Below are positions 26,700 to 35,782 of a DNA stretch of 55,758 nt, in pieces (the stretch's first letter is position 1; each line of letters begins with the position of its first letter). Below the pieces are notes generated by a model. It worked only from the letters and a program-made list of their open reading frames with translations, was not told where the DNA came from and searched no databases. This stretch comes from a virus. Taxonomy: Duplodnaviria > Caudoviricetes. The stretch spans positions 1 through 55,758 of the IMG/VR virus record IMGVR_UViG_3300042922_000297. The stretch is one strand, 5' to 3'. Both the position numbers and the translations under genes were made by a program.

Positions 26700-27995
26700 G
26701 TGCCACTCAAAGATGACTGGGCGGTAGGACAAAAAGTCCAACCCGGCGACCTGAACGCCATCGCCACACAAGTCAACGCCAACACCGAAGCCATCGAAAG
26801 CCTCCCCGGCGGCGGCGGATCAGGCGACATGCTCGCATCCGTCTACGACCCCACCAACGTCGCAGGCGACGCGTTCGACCAGGACAACATGGTCAACGGG
26901 ACAGCAAACAAAAATTTCTCGGCGGGTGAACAAACCAAACTAGCCGGGATTGAAAACCTCGCCGACGTCACAGACGCCGCCAACGTTGCTGCAGCCGGCG
27001 CGCAGATGACCTCCGGGAAGAACGCCAACAACGGCTACGCAGGCCTCGACAGCTCGGGGCTAGTTCCGGCCTCCCTGCTGCCCTCCTACGTCGATGACGT
27101 CATCGAGGCCGCCAACTTCGCCGCCCTCACAGGTGGTGTCGCAGGCAAAATCTATGTGACTCTGGACAACAACAAGACCTACCGCTGGTCGGGATCAGCG
27201 TTCGTCGAGATCAGCCCCTCTCCGGGTTCAACAGACTCGGTGACTGAGGGTTCCACCAACCTGTACTACACACAGGCCCGCGCCGACGCCCGCGTTGTTG
27301 CGGGAATCACCGGCAAGGCCGACAAAGCCACGACCATCTCAGCGGGCACCGGCCTGACTGGTGGTGGCGATCTGTCGACCAACCGGACACTGGCCGTCTC
27401 GTACGGCACCGCAGCCGGTACGGCGGCGCAGGGCAACGACGCCCGCCTCTCCGACGAACGGGTACCCACCAACAACTCAGTCACCAACGCCAAAATGGCC
27501 GACGACGCCATCGGCATCGACGAACTGTCAGCAACAGGCACCCCCAGCAGCAACACCTACCTGCGCGGCGACAACACATGGTCGGCACCCTCCATAGGCG
27601 GACTCACAGCTCAAGCGGCATACACCGCCACCGCAGAAACCATTGCATCCGGTGGGGCGTACGCAGACCTGACCACCACCACGGATCAGGTCACCATCGA
27701 CGTGGGACCTGCCGGTGTCGCGGTCGTCTCTATCGGGGCGTGGTTCGGGGCGAGCGCCGCGAACGCTCAGGCGTACATATCATTTGCCGTGTCAGGTGCT
27801 AACACATCTGTGGCTGCCGACTCGAAATGTGTGTACGTGCGCGCCGTCGCCGGGTCATCGGTGATCGGCGGCACCGAGTCCTCGTTCACCCTCACCGGGC
27901 TCACCCCCGGATCCACGACGTTCAAGATGAAGTACAAGGCAGCGGGCGGTACCGGTACGTACGAGCACCGCCGCATCTCAGTCCTGACCTTCTAA
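26700..27995 (+). CDS. Tail fibre / minor tail protein 1
   Basis: Gly/Thr/Ala-rich; AGTGLTGGGDLS.NRTL, GTAAQGNDARLS fibre motifs. Confidence 0.85.
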   Translation: MPLKDDWAVGQKVQPGDLNAIATQVNANTEAIESLPGGGGSGDMLASVYDPTNVAGDAFDQDNMVNGTANKNFSAGEQTKLAGIENLADVTDAANVAAAGAQMTSGKNANNGYAGLDSSGLVPASLLPSYVDDVIEAANFAALTGGVAGKIYVTLDNNKTYRWSGSAFVEISPSPGSTDSVTEGSTNLYYTQARADARVVAGITGKADKATTISAGTGLTGGGDLSTNRTLAVSYGTAAGTAAQGNDARLSDERVPTNNSVTNAKMADDAIGIDELSATGTPSSNTYLRGDNTWSAPSIGGLTAQAAYTATAETIASGGAYADLTTTTDQVTIDVGPAGVAVVSIGAWFGASAANAQAYISFAVSGANTSVAADSKCVYVRAVAGSSVIGGTESSFTLTGLTPGSTTFKMKYKAAGGTGTYEHRRISVLTF

Positions 27996-28009
27996 CGCTA
28001 GGAACTGAT

Positions 28010-29701
28010 GTGGCTGAACTGAAGCAGGATTGGCGACTCGGGCAGAAAGTACAGCCCGGGGATATGAACGCCGTCGCAGCGCAACTGAACGCCAACACGC
28101 AGGCCATCGAGGACGGCATCCCGACGTCCGTGGATTCCGCGTCTATAACCGATGCGGGTGAAGCCGGCAAGGTGTTAGTGCAGGCCGACACCGCGGATGA
28201 CGTACTCGACATCCTCGATGCCACCACCACCGGCCGTGACATCCTCACCGGCACACCCGAAGAAGCTGTTACGGCGCTCGGGGCCACTGAAACTGGCGCG
28301 GCGGTCCTCACCGGGGATGCGGCGGAGGGCCGCGCGGCGCTGAATGCGGTAGCGAAACTCCCAGCGGGGCACTACACGCCGACAGGGAAACCCAACGGCA
28401 CTGTCACAGCACTGGATAGCGGCCAGACAGTGGCGACGTTCGGCGATTCACCAGGTGTGGTGTCATCGGGGGTGTTGGTCACCACGGCTACCGGCTCGCC
28501 GCCACACGGCACCTACTACCAAGCCGACATGGGCGCGACAGTGCGCCGTATCGGTTGTGAGGTGAAGTGGCCGGCCAACGCGGTCGGAGCGCTGGCATTC
28601 GTGCTGCCAGTATCAGCGTGGGGTCCACCTGGTGGGCATCCGTCGGGGGATAACTCTGCGGGCGCGAACGCCGGGGTCCACCTCACCCTGTACGGCAACG
28701 GCATTTGGGATTGCGGCAACTGGAACGCCCTAGCCGGGACCGTCACAAGCTATGCGAGTAGCACCACACACGGCCGGTACGGCACCGTGTGGGACGGCGA
28801 GTTCCATGATGTCGAAATTTGGGTTGATCCCGACGCGGAGAAGATGACCGTCCGTTTCCCGGATGGTTCTTTCACGACGATCGAGAACGCCGCTGTTGGT
28901 GATGTGACGTCGTGGGTGATCTGGGAGCAGTTCGAGTCGAATACCGCGGATGTTCCGTGTGTGCTGCGGAATTTGTGGGCGGATACCGAGGCCCGGCGGG
29001 CAGATTCATTCGCTGTCACGAGGGTGGATATCGCTGAGGCTGTGGCCGCGATCCGCAAGGGGTACGACCTTGAGTATGTGACCACGTCCGGTGGCACAAA
29101 GACGATGACGGCGGCATCTCCTCAGATCCAAGTTCCTTTTGGTACCGCTGCCCACACGATTGTCCTTCCCGGGGATGTCAAAAAGGGCTACGGGGTCATA
29201 GTTTCTAACACGTCAACCGGCGTGGTGACGGTTAACTCGTCCGACGGAACGTTCGTCACGGCAATAGCTTCCAATGGTGAGGGCGTTTTCACGGCGTACG
29301 CGGACAATCCCGTTTTGGGGTCGAACTGGAAAGCCTCGCTTACTGCAACTACAAATGGTGTGCAGACGTTGACTCAAACGCGCCTAGATCCGCGGGTGAC
29401 ATCCACAACGTCCGCGTCGTCGTTGACCCCGTCCTACTCGTCCAAGGATCTGTACGTGTACACGGCGTTGGCGGCGAACCTCACCTTGAACGCACCGTCG
29501 GGCACTACGAACGGTGGGCGGCTGCGGCTCCGGATCAAGGACGACGGTGTGTCACGAACCCTGACGTGGAACGCGATCTACCGGGGCATCGGTGTCACAT
29601 TGCCTGCTGCGACGACGGCGGGGAAGTGGATGTACGTCGACATGAATTACAACCCCACGGATACCCGTTGGGATGTGACCGACGTGAAGATCGAGGCTTA
29701 G
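28010..29701 (+). CDS. Tail fibre / receptor-binding protein 2 with central lectin-like domain
   Basis: N-terminus paralogous to fibre 1; GTG after AGGA. Confidence 0.82.
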   Translation: MAELKQDWRLGQKVQPGDMNAVAAQLNANTQAIEDGIPTSVDSASITDAGEAGKVLVQADTADDVLDILDATTTGRDILTGTPEEAVTALGATETGAAVLTGDAAEGRAALNAVAKLPAGHYTPTGKPNGTVTALDSGQTVATFGDSPGVVSSGVLVTTATGSPPHGTYYQADMGATVRRIGCEVKWPANAVGALAFVLPVSAWGPPGGHPSGDNSAGANAGVHLTLYGNGIWDCGNWNALAGTVTSYASSTTHGRYGTVWDGEFHDVEIWVDPDAEKMTVRFPDGSFTTIENAAVGDVTSWVIWEQFESNTADVPCVLRNLWADTEARRADSFAVTRVDIAEAVAAIRKGYDLEYVTTSGGTKTMTAASPQIQVPFGTAAHTIVLPGDVKKGYGVIVSNTSTGVVTVNSSDGTFVTAIASNGEGVFTAYADNPVLGSNWKASLTATTNGVQTLTQTRLDPRVTSTTSASSLTPSYSSKDLYVYTALAANLTLNAPSGTTNGGRLRLRIKDDGVSRTLTWNAIYRGIGVTLPAATTAGKWMYVDMNYNPTDTRWDVTDVKIEA

Positions 29702-30441
29702 CCGACCGGTTGGAGTGGTTGGCCGTCTTCAACAGCCCAGACGGTGTCGAAGTCGAATGTTGTTGATGCTGGTGGGGGTTTGATGTATTCCTCCCAGAAT
29801 GCGCGGTCGCCTAGGAGGCCGGTGGTGTCGACGGGGTGTGTGGATTCGTGGCCGGGCACAGTGACGGTGACTGTGTCGTCGGTCGCGGCGATGGCGAATG
29901 TGTAGTCCCGGCCGATCGTGAGCGGTGGGCTGAACACACCTTTCGCGACTGGCTCGAACGGGCCGCCCCGTCGCACCGTCAGTTCCCAGGTGGAGCGGTT
30001 GGCGGCGAAGTGCACCATATCCATCACCAGCCGATCGTCAGGTGTGATGGCCATCGCCAGGGTGGTGTCAGCATTGCCGTCGCGGATCTGCCGCCATTGT
30101 CCGGTTGTTCCCACGCTGCGGACGGTGCCGCGGAACTGGCGGGCCGCGTACACGGTGTCGTTCCCGGCGTAGGTGAACGCACCGTCTCGGATGAGTCCGT
30201 CGGTGGCTGCGGGCATCGGGAAGCGGTCTACGTACCCGGCGCGCATATCCCAACCGTCGCCCAGTCCCGCGGTGGTGTCGGGCCGGTTGAAGGTGTCGAA
30301 CCACGACGTCTGGACTGGTGGTGCTTGGGCTGTGGTGGTCGTCGTTCCGGTGGTGTCGGTGATCTTCGACTCGTACGGCGGTGGTTCCTTCGTGCAGCCG
30401 ACCAGCATCAGGGCCGTAATCAGCGTCCACGCAATTTTCAC
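29698..30441 (-). CDS. Lipoprotein with lectin-like (ConA-type) domain
   Basis: MKIAWTLITALMLVG-C lipobox, Thr/Pro linker, FDTFNRPD..GLG.GW; TACGGT -10 six nt upstream. Confidence 0.85.
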   Translation of the reverse strand: MKIAWTLITALMLVGCTKEPPPYESKITDTTGTTTTTAQAPPVQTSWFDTFNRPDTTAGLGDGWDMRAGYVDRFPMPAATDGLIRDGAFTYAGNDTVYAARQFRGTVRSVGTTGQWRQIRDGNADTTLAMAITPDDRLVMDMVHFAANRSTWELTVRRGGPFEPVAKGVFSPPLTIGRDYTFAIAATDDTVTVTVPGHESTHPVDTTGLLGDRAFWEEYIKPPPASTTFDFDTVWAVEDGQPLQPVG

Positions 30442-30493
30442 CCGTCCACCGTAAAGCCCCACCCCCCGCACTGCTGCCTGAATGGAGGTTTCG

Positions 30494-31369
30494 ATGCTCG
30501 GAACCAACCAGTCCGACCTGTGCCAACTCGCCCCGGCGGATTTGGATCGTGTGTGCGCAGATATCGCGGCCTATGGGTTTGAGTCGGTGCGGTTCGCGGT
30601 GGATTGGGGGTGGCTGTCCAATCTGTGGGGGAGTGTGAATTACGGGCCGGTGGAGCGGGTCGCGAAGACTCTCGCGAAGCACAAGCTCATCCCGTTGCCG
30701 GCGGTGGGGATTCATTACCCGTGGAAACACTCACCGGAAGCCTTCGGGGCGTTCACTAAGAGGGTCGTCAGCATCTTCGGGCCGTTGCCCGCGTATGAGG
30801 TGTGGAACGAACCCAACCTTCCCGGGTTTGGTATCGGCACCCCCGCACAGTTCCTCACCTACCTGCGGGCCGCCGCACCTGTCATCCGGGCTGCCGGGTC
30901 CGCTGTGATCCACGGCGGGCTCGCCGCGTTCCCCGACCGTCGTGGCTGGTGGACACGGGACTACAGCCCCACCACCTGGCTAGGGGCACTGTATGCGGCG
31001 GGTGAGCGCAACGACTACGACCTGTTCGGCTACCACCCCTACAGCTTCGACACCGTCCAGAAGTGGTGTGATCCTGCTGGCCGCCCGTTCGGTATCGACC
31101 AAATCACACAGCTGGATGCGGCCCGCACACGCCGTGGCGACACCCGCCCCTACGCGTTCACTGAAATCGGGTACGACACCAACAAAGTCGATGCCGTCAC
31201 CGCAGCCCGCTACCTGTCCGCTCAGATGCCCGCCATGCGTGAACGGTCCAATCACAACTGGCTGTTCTGCTGGCGCGACACGGTTGGCGATGGCGGCAAA
31301 TACGGACTCGTCCACGCCAACAATGCGCCCAAACTCCCGCTGTACAACGCCGTCAGAGGCTTGCTGTGA
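30494..31369 (+). CDS. Clan GH-A glycoside hydrolase (GH5/GH39-like)
   Basis: GGAGG RBS; WNEPN acid/base, YHPY, FTEIG nucleophile. Confidence 0.88.
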   Translation: MLGTNQSDLCQLAPADLDRVCADIAAYGFESVRFAVDWGWLSNLWGSVNYGPVERVAKTLAKHKLIPLPAVGIHYPWKHSPEAFGAFTKRVVSIFGPLPAYEVWNEPNLPGFGIGTPAQFLTYLRAAAPVIRAAGSAVIHGGLAAFPDRRGWWTRDYSPTTWLGALYAAGERNDYDLFGYHPYSFDTVQKWCDPAGRPFGIDQITQLDAARTRRGDTRPYAFTEIGYDTNKVDAVTAARYLSAQMPAMRERSNHNWLFCWRDTVGDGGKYGLVHANNAPKLPLYNAVRGLL

Positions 31370-31518
31370 AGCTCGACCTGTACGGCACCGACCAACCAGG
31401 CTTCCGCAAACCCCGCGCCGGCCGCTGCCACCTATGCGGCCGGCCATGCCTCGAACACCCCGCGATCCGCCACCGCTTCTGGGCGCTCGTTGCCCTGCTC
31501 GTTTCATTTAAGCGGTAA
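31366..31518 (+). CDS. Small hypothetical protein (50 aa)
   Basis: GTGA overlap; CHLC, hydrophobic C-terminus. Confidence 0.5.
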   Translation: MKLDLYGTDQPGFRKPRAGRCHLCGRPCLEHPAIRHRFWALVALLVSFKR

Positions 31519-31622
31519 CTCCTCACACGGCTGCATATAGCCGTTGACCTGCGCTGACTCATTTCAGATGTATCTGCGCCTTTCCTTAACGGGCCGCGTT
31601 TCTGCGCCCGTGCTTTAAGCCA

Positions 31623-31662
31623 GCAGCCGGCCCCGCACACCCCCCGAGGCGGGGTCGGCTGC
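31623..31662 (+). promoter_or_regulatory. Strong hairpin in lysis-cassette leader
   Basis: 14-bp stem GCAGCCGGCCCCGC/GCGGGGTCGGCTGC. Confidence 0.55.
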
Positions 31663-31685
31663 CCACGCCCCGAACGGAGACCACC

Positions 31686-31988
31686 ATGGGATTCCTCGAC
31701 ACCATCGTTGATGCCGTCTGGAAACGGCTGAAGCCAGAGATCGACGAAATGCAGGCCACCGCGAAAACCGAACTGGACGAGTGGCAGGTCATCGCCGAAC
31801 AACAGTTGGATGAGTGGCGCACCGAAGCCATGGCCATGCTCAAAGAAGCCCTCCCCGAGATGGCCGGTGCCATCGCTGAGCAGGCAGTCAAGACAGTCTT
31901 CGAACACACGCAGGTCGATGAAGCCGCCGACGCCGTGTCCGGTGTCATCACCGACATCGTCGGACGCCTCGGATTCGGCCTCCGATGA
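31686..31988 (+). CDS. Helical protein upstream of lysin A (Ms6 Gp1-like position)
   Basis: GGAG RBS; coupled to lysA. Confidence 0.75.
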   Translation: MGFLDTIVDAVWKRLKPEIDEMQATAKTELDEWQVIAEQQLDEWRTEAMAMLKEALPEMAGAIAEQAVKTVFEHTQVDEAADAVSGVITDIVGRLGFGLR

Positions 31989-33184
31989 CCTACGGCCTAC
32001 CGACCGGGACGCGCATCACATACGGCGCCAAGGGTTTCCCGCAGTGGGTGTACGACCTCGGCAAGGCGTTCAACCTCAAAGCCTCCACCTATCCGGGGCA
32101 TCAGGAAACGAACCACGCCGAACCCGGCTTCGTCGCCAACCCGCAGAAACTCAACCGCGGCATCGACTGGGCTGGCTCCGTCGCCGATATGCAGCGGTTC
32201 GCCGACTACCTCATGGGCATCAAATCATCCCTGGAGCAGGTCATCTGGGAGAACCCGACCAACGGGCGGCGGGCCGGTGTCGCGGGCGGCAAAGACGTCA
32301 CCGCGTCCGCTTACTACGCCTACGACGGTGGCTACAACGGCCACCGAGACCACGTACACACACGCCAATCAGCACCCATACCCCTCCCGTCAGGAGCACC
32401 CGTGGCCGACAACAAACCCGCGTTCAACGAGTTCCCGATCTGGTCGAAGAACAACAGCGCCCGCGCATCCAAGGTCGACGCCTTTCTTCTGCACACACAG
32501 GAAGGTGGCGGCGGAAACGCAGCCGCGGAGAACCTCGCCAAGTGGTTCCAGAACGCCAACAACGTCTCCTACCACTACACCATCAGCCAGGCCGCTGACG
32601 GCGGAGTGACCGTAGTCGATTGCGTCGACACCGACCGGGCATCCTGGTCCGTGCTGTCCGCGAACGGGCGATCCATCAACCTGTGCTTCGCCGGCTCCCG
32701 CGCAGCGTGGACCCGGGTGGACTGGCTGAAGCAAGCCAAAGCGATCGACGTGGCCGCCTACCTCGCGGTGCAGGACGCCAGGAAGTACGGCTTCCCGACC
32801 ACGGTTATCGCACCGCCGTACACAGGACGCCTTCCTGGTATCTCGGATCACCGCTACGTGACCAAGGTGCTCGGCGACGGCACCCACACCGATGTCGGCG
32901 ACGGCTTCCCCTGGGACGTGTTCTCCGCGGCGGTGGCTAAGTACAGCGGCAAGCAAGCACCTCCCGTGCCACCTCCCCCCGGCACCACACCCACTCCCGT
33001 GCCGCCCCTGTCCGACAGTCAACTGTTGCAGCAGATCGCCAACGATGTCGCCTGGCTCCGTCAACAGCATGACGTTGGCCTCGACGCGTGGGGCGAAGAC
33101 GGCGACCTCGGCCGCAACGCCAAAGGTCAGCGCCGCACCCTCCGCGCCGGGCTGGCCGCACTCATCCGCAAGGTTGGTGCCTGA
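31985..33184 (+). CDS. lysA: Lysin A (N-terminal peptidase-like domain, Amidase_2, C-terminal binding domain)
   Basis: GH...GIDW...HRDHVH; LHTQEG, SYHY, HTDVGDGFPWD. Confidence 0.93.
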   Translation: MTYGLPTGTRITYGAKGFPQWVYDLGKAFNLKASTYPGHQETNHAEPGFVANPQKLNRGIDWAGSVADMQRFADYLMGIKSSLEQVIWENPTNGRRAGVAGGKDVTASAYYAYDGGYNGHRDHVHTRQSAPIPLPSGAPVADNKPAFNEFPIWSKNNSARASKVDAFLLHTQEGGGGNAAAENLAKWFQNANNVSYHYTISQAADGGVTVVDCVDTDRASWSVLSANGRSINLCFAGSRAAWTRVDWLKQAKAIDVAAYLAVQDARKYGFPTTVIAPPYTGRLPGISDHRYVTKVLGDGTHTDVGDGFPWDVFSAAVAKYSGKQAPPVPPPPGTTPTPVPPLSDSQLLQQIANDVAWLRQQHDVGLDAWGEDGDLGRNAKGQRRTLRAGLAALIRKVGA

Positions 33185-34194
33185 TGGCTTGGGCGCCGCC
33201 GTCGAAGCCGGGTGACACTCACCCGTCTGTAGCGGAGGCGAAGAAGAAGCTGCGGGTCTACAGCTACGGCAAAACCCTCGGCGATTCCGACGTCTACAGC
33301 GTCGAATTCGGTGTCGCGCTCACCCAGTTCAAAGTCAACCGCAACGACCAGATCATGCGCGGCTCCGTCCGAGACATGCCCGGCATGCCCCTCAACACCG
33401 AACTGGACTGGGCCACAAAGAAGAACCTGCGGATCCTGCCCGAGCAGAACATTCCGCCCGCCGTGTCCCGGAAAGTCGTCGTCACCATCAACGGGCACAT
33501 GGGCGGCCTGTTCGACGGGCCCGCTTACTTCACCGCCCGCGTGTTGGAGGAACAGGGCCGCGTTCGTGTGCAGCCCGTCGGCTACAACAACACGAAGAAG
33601 CCGTTCGATAACGCCAGCGGTGTCCGCGAGATGGACCGAATCGTCAACGATCCCATCATCCTGCCGCAAGGCACCGACTGGGCCATCCTCTCCCATTCTC
33701 AAGGGTCGGTGGTGGAGTGCGACTTCTACGAGCAGCGCATCGAACCCAACCGCGACCGCTGGCCCTACAGCCACTACAAGGGTGGTGTCCGATTCGGAAA
33801 CCCCCGCCGGCCCATGAACACAGTCGCCCCCTGGATCCTGGACCCGCCACCACAAGGCACCGAAGGCCTCGACCCGAACTGCCTCAAACAGGCGACACCC
33901 GGCGTCATGGAATGCAGCAGGGACGGCGACCTCTACGCCAACAAGAAACCAGGACTCGCCGCCGACTACAAAGAAGCCGTCTACATGGCCGTCTGCCGCG
34001 GCAAATTCATGGGAGCCAACACGCTCGCCGCCGAACTGGGGGAACTCGCAACCCGATTCAGCAACCCCATGGAGATATTCGCGCTGTTCCAGGCCATCAT
34101 CTCCGGCGTCTCTGGGCTCATCACATTGCGTGAACACGGCGAGTTTGACCTTCGCCCCTGTATCGATCACACCGCTCGAATCCTCGGCGTCTGA
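33184..34194 (+). CDS. lysB: Lysin B (mycolylarabinogalactan esterase, cutinase-like)
   Basis: SHSQG nucleophile elbow, FGNPRR, GDLYA. Confidence 0.9.
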   Translation: MAWAPPSKPGDTHPSVAEAKKKLRVYSYGKTLGDSDVYSVEFGVALTQFKVNRNDQIMRGSVRDMPGMPLNTELDWATKKNLRILPEQNIPPAVSRKVVVTINGHMGGLFDGPAYFTARVLEEQGRVRVQPVGYNNTKKPFDNASGVREMDRIVNDPIILPQGTDWAILSHSQGSVVECDFYEQRIEPNRDRWPYSHYKGGVRFGNPRRPMNTVAPWILDPPPQGTEGLDPNCLKQATPGVMECSRDGDLYANKKPGLAADYKEAVYMAVCRGKFMGANTLAAELGELATRFSNPMEIFALFQAIISGVSGLITLREHGEFDLRPCIDHTARILGV

Positions 34195-34205
34195 AAGGCC
34201 CTGAC

Positions 34206-34442
34206 ATGTGGACTAAGCAGTTTTGGCAGGACGCGATCGAGAGGGCTACGAAGACGTTCGCCCAAACCCTGGCAGCGGTCCTCGGGGCTGGCGCGGTGGA
34301 TGTGCTGGCCGTCGACTGGAAATCCGCTTTGGCTGTCGCTGCTGGCGCCGGGCTGGTGTCGGTGCTGACCTCGCTCGGGTCCGAACCGTTCGGGCGCGGC
34401 GGCACAGCATCCCTGACCAAGGCTGTTGAGCCTGCGCCGTGA
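34206..34442 (+). CDS. Holin (r1t type)
   Basis: FWQDAIERATKTFAQ; two hydrophobic segments. Confidence 0.92.
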   Translation: MWTKQFWQDAIERATKTFAQTLAAVLGAGAVDVLAVDWKSALAVAAGAGLVSVLTSLGSEPFGRGGTASLTKAVEPAP

Positions 34443-34924
34443 TGGTCCGGCGGATCAGATGGATCGGGCACCGGGTAGCGAACCGGTTCTTCGCCATCCT
34501 CGACTCCGAGGGTGTCGCGTTCTTCCAAACCCTCGTCTACACCCACCTCGCCGTCGGTGGCGCGTACGGACTGCTCGTCGCCCGCGGCGTCCCCGACACA
34601 GTCGGTGACGCACTAGGCAACTCCGGTGACACCGCCTGGCTGATGCTGTGCATGGGTGCCACGATCTGCATTGCTGGGAAGGTGATGTCGTGGTCGCACC
34701 GCCGCTACTGGGTGCGCACCGCCGGCCTCTACCTCCAGTTTGCGGGGGATCTGTGCGCGTTCGGGTCGTTCACCGGGTACGTGCTGTCGACGTGGCAGGA
34801 AAGCAACTGGGGGCAACCGTTGGTGGCGGTGTGGGTGTTCGCGGCCCTGGCCGATTGCGCGTTCTTTCTGTGCTGGCGTGACCTGCGCCGGATCCGTGAA
34901 GCTGAGAGGGCGGGGAAGTCGTGA
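34439..34924 (+). CDS. Multi-pass membrane protein in lysis cassette
   Basis: About four hydrophobic segments. Confidence 0.8.
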   Translation: MMVRRIRWIGHRVANRFFAILDSEGVAFFQTLVYTHLAVGGAYGLLVARGVPDTVGDALGNSGDTAWLMLCMGATICIAGKVMSWSHRRYWVRTAGLYLQFAGDLCAFGSFTGYVLSTWQESNWGQPLVAVWVFAALADCAFFLCWRDLRRIREAERAGKS

Positions 34925-35232
34925 ATGCTGCGCTGGCGACGGTGATCGCTTCGGCTTTGGGCGCTATCGGCCTGATTATCGGGGCAGTGTTGTCGTCGTA
35001 CCTCAACCGGCACAAGGATGATGCTGCGGTCGCCGATCAGGTGTCGAAAGCGTGGACACCGTTGGTGTCTGAGCTGCGGACTGAGGTTGCGGAGACGAAG
35101 AGGGAGTGTGTGGATTGCCGTAAGGAGTTGGGGCAGGTGAAGCGGGCGTTGCGTACGGCTATCAGTGCGTGGCATTCGAAGGATCCTGACTTGATTGACG
35201 CGGCGATCGAAGCGGCGCGGGACCTGTTGTGA
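34921..35232 (+). CDS. Single-pass membrane protein with coiled coil (lysis accessory)
   Basis: N-terminal TM segment; GTGA overlap. Confidence 0.8.
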   Translation: MNAALATVIASALGAIGLIIGAVLSSYLNRHKDDAAVADQVSKAWTPLVSELRTEVAETKRECVDCRKELGQVKRALRTAISAWHSKDPDLIDAAIEAARDLL

Positions 35233-35337
35233 TGGTTGCGGGCGCGGCGATACTCGCCTACGCCATCACACGGTAGTAAACTGGCCGGGTGCCCAGGTGG
35301 GGCGCGGAACCGTATCCCTCCACCGAAAGGCAATCCC

Positions 35338-35604
35338 ATGCAACGCATCACCATCGGCCGCTACAAGCCCACTCCCGGCGGTCCGTTCACCGACCTCCCC
35401 TTTCCGGTCGAAAACGAGGGCACGGTTTACTCCACGACTGACGTTTCGGCGTACTTCGACGGCTGGGTTGAAGGCGTCCGTGATGACGGGTCCACGTGGA
35501 TCATGTGGCTCGACTCCAAGGGAAACCCGACCGTGTTCTACGCCAACCGGGATGAAGACGGCGGCGTGGACGATGCCAGTCGAATCGATCTGTCACTAGA
35601 CTGA
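35338..35604 (+). CDS. Hypothetical protein
   Basis: GAAAGG RBS. Confidence 0.7.
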   Translation: MQRITIGRYKPTPGGPFTDLPFPVENEGTVYSTTDVSAYFDGWVEGVRDDGSTWIMWLDSKGNPTVFYANRDEDGGVDDASRIDLSLD

Positions 35605-35691
35605 TTCCCATCGATCTACCCCTAAGACGGGTAACCGCGTAAGCGGTCCAGCACGGCAGCTCTGCTGGGCTCCATGAACCTGCCACCTATC

Positions 35692-35727
35692 GCCGCCCCT
35701 GACTTCGGCTGGGGGCGGCCTTCCTTC
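35692..35727 (+). terminator. Intrinsic terminator-like hairpin
   Basis: GCCGCCCC/GGGGCGGC stem, cTTCGg loop, pyrimidine tail. Confidence 0.7.
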
Positions 35728-35782
35728 GTTGTGTGTGCGTGCCTTCGCAACTGATTGCGGTGTGGTGCGCGATGATATTGAC

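Noticed and set aside
27827-28009. Upstream start for fibre 2 as given in the ORF track
   Set aside because: Overlaps fibre 1 by 169 bp; the paralogous N-terminus and RBS point to GTG 28010.
26700-29701. Diversity-generating retroelement or invertible tail-fibre switch
   Set aside because: No reverse transcriptase or serine invertase, and no template/variable repeat pair or flanking inverted repeats were seen.
35232-35276. 14-codon ORF MVAGAAILAYAITR as a gene
   Set aside because: Too short to support; may be a remnant resembling the start of the 35783 gene.
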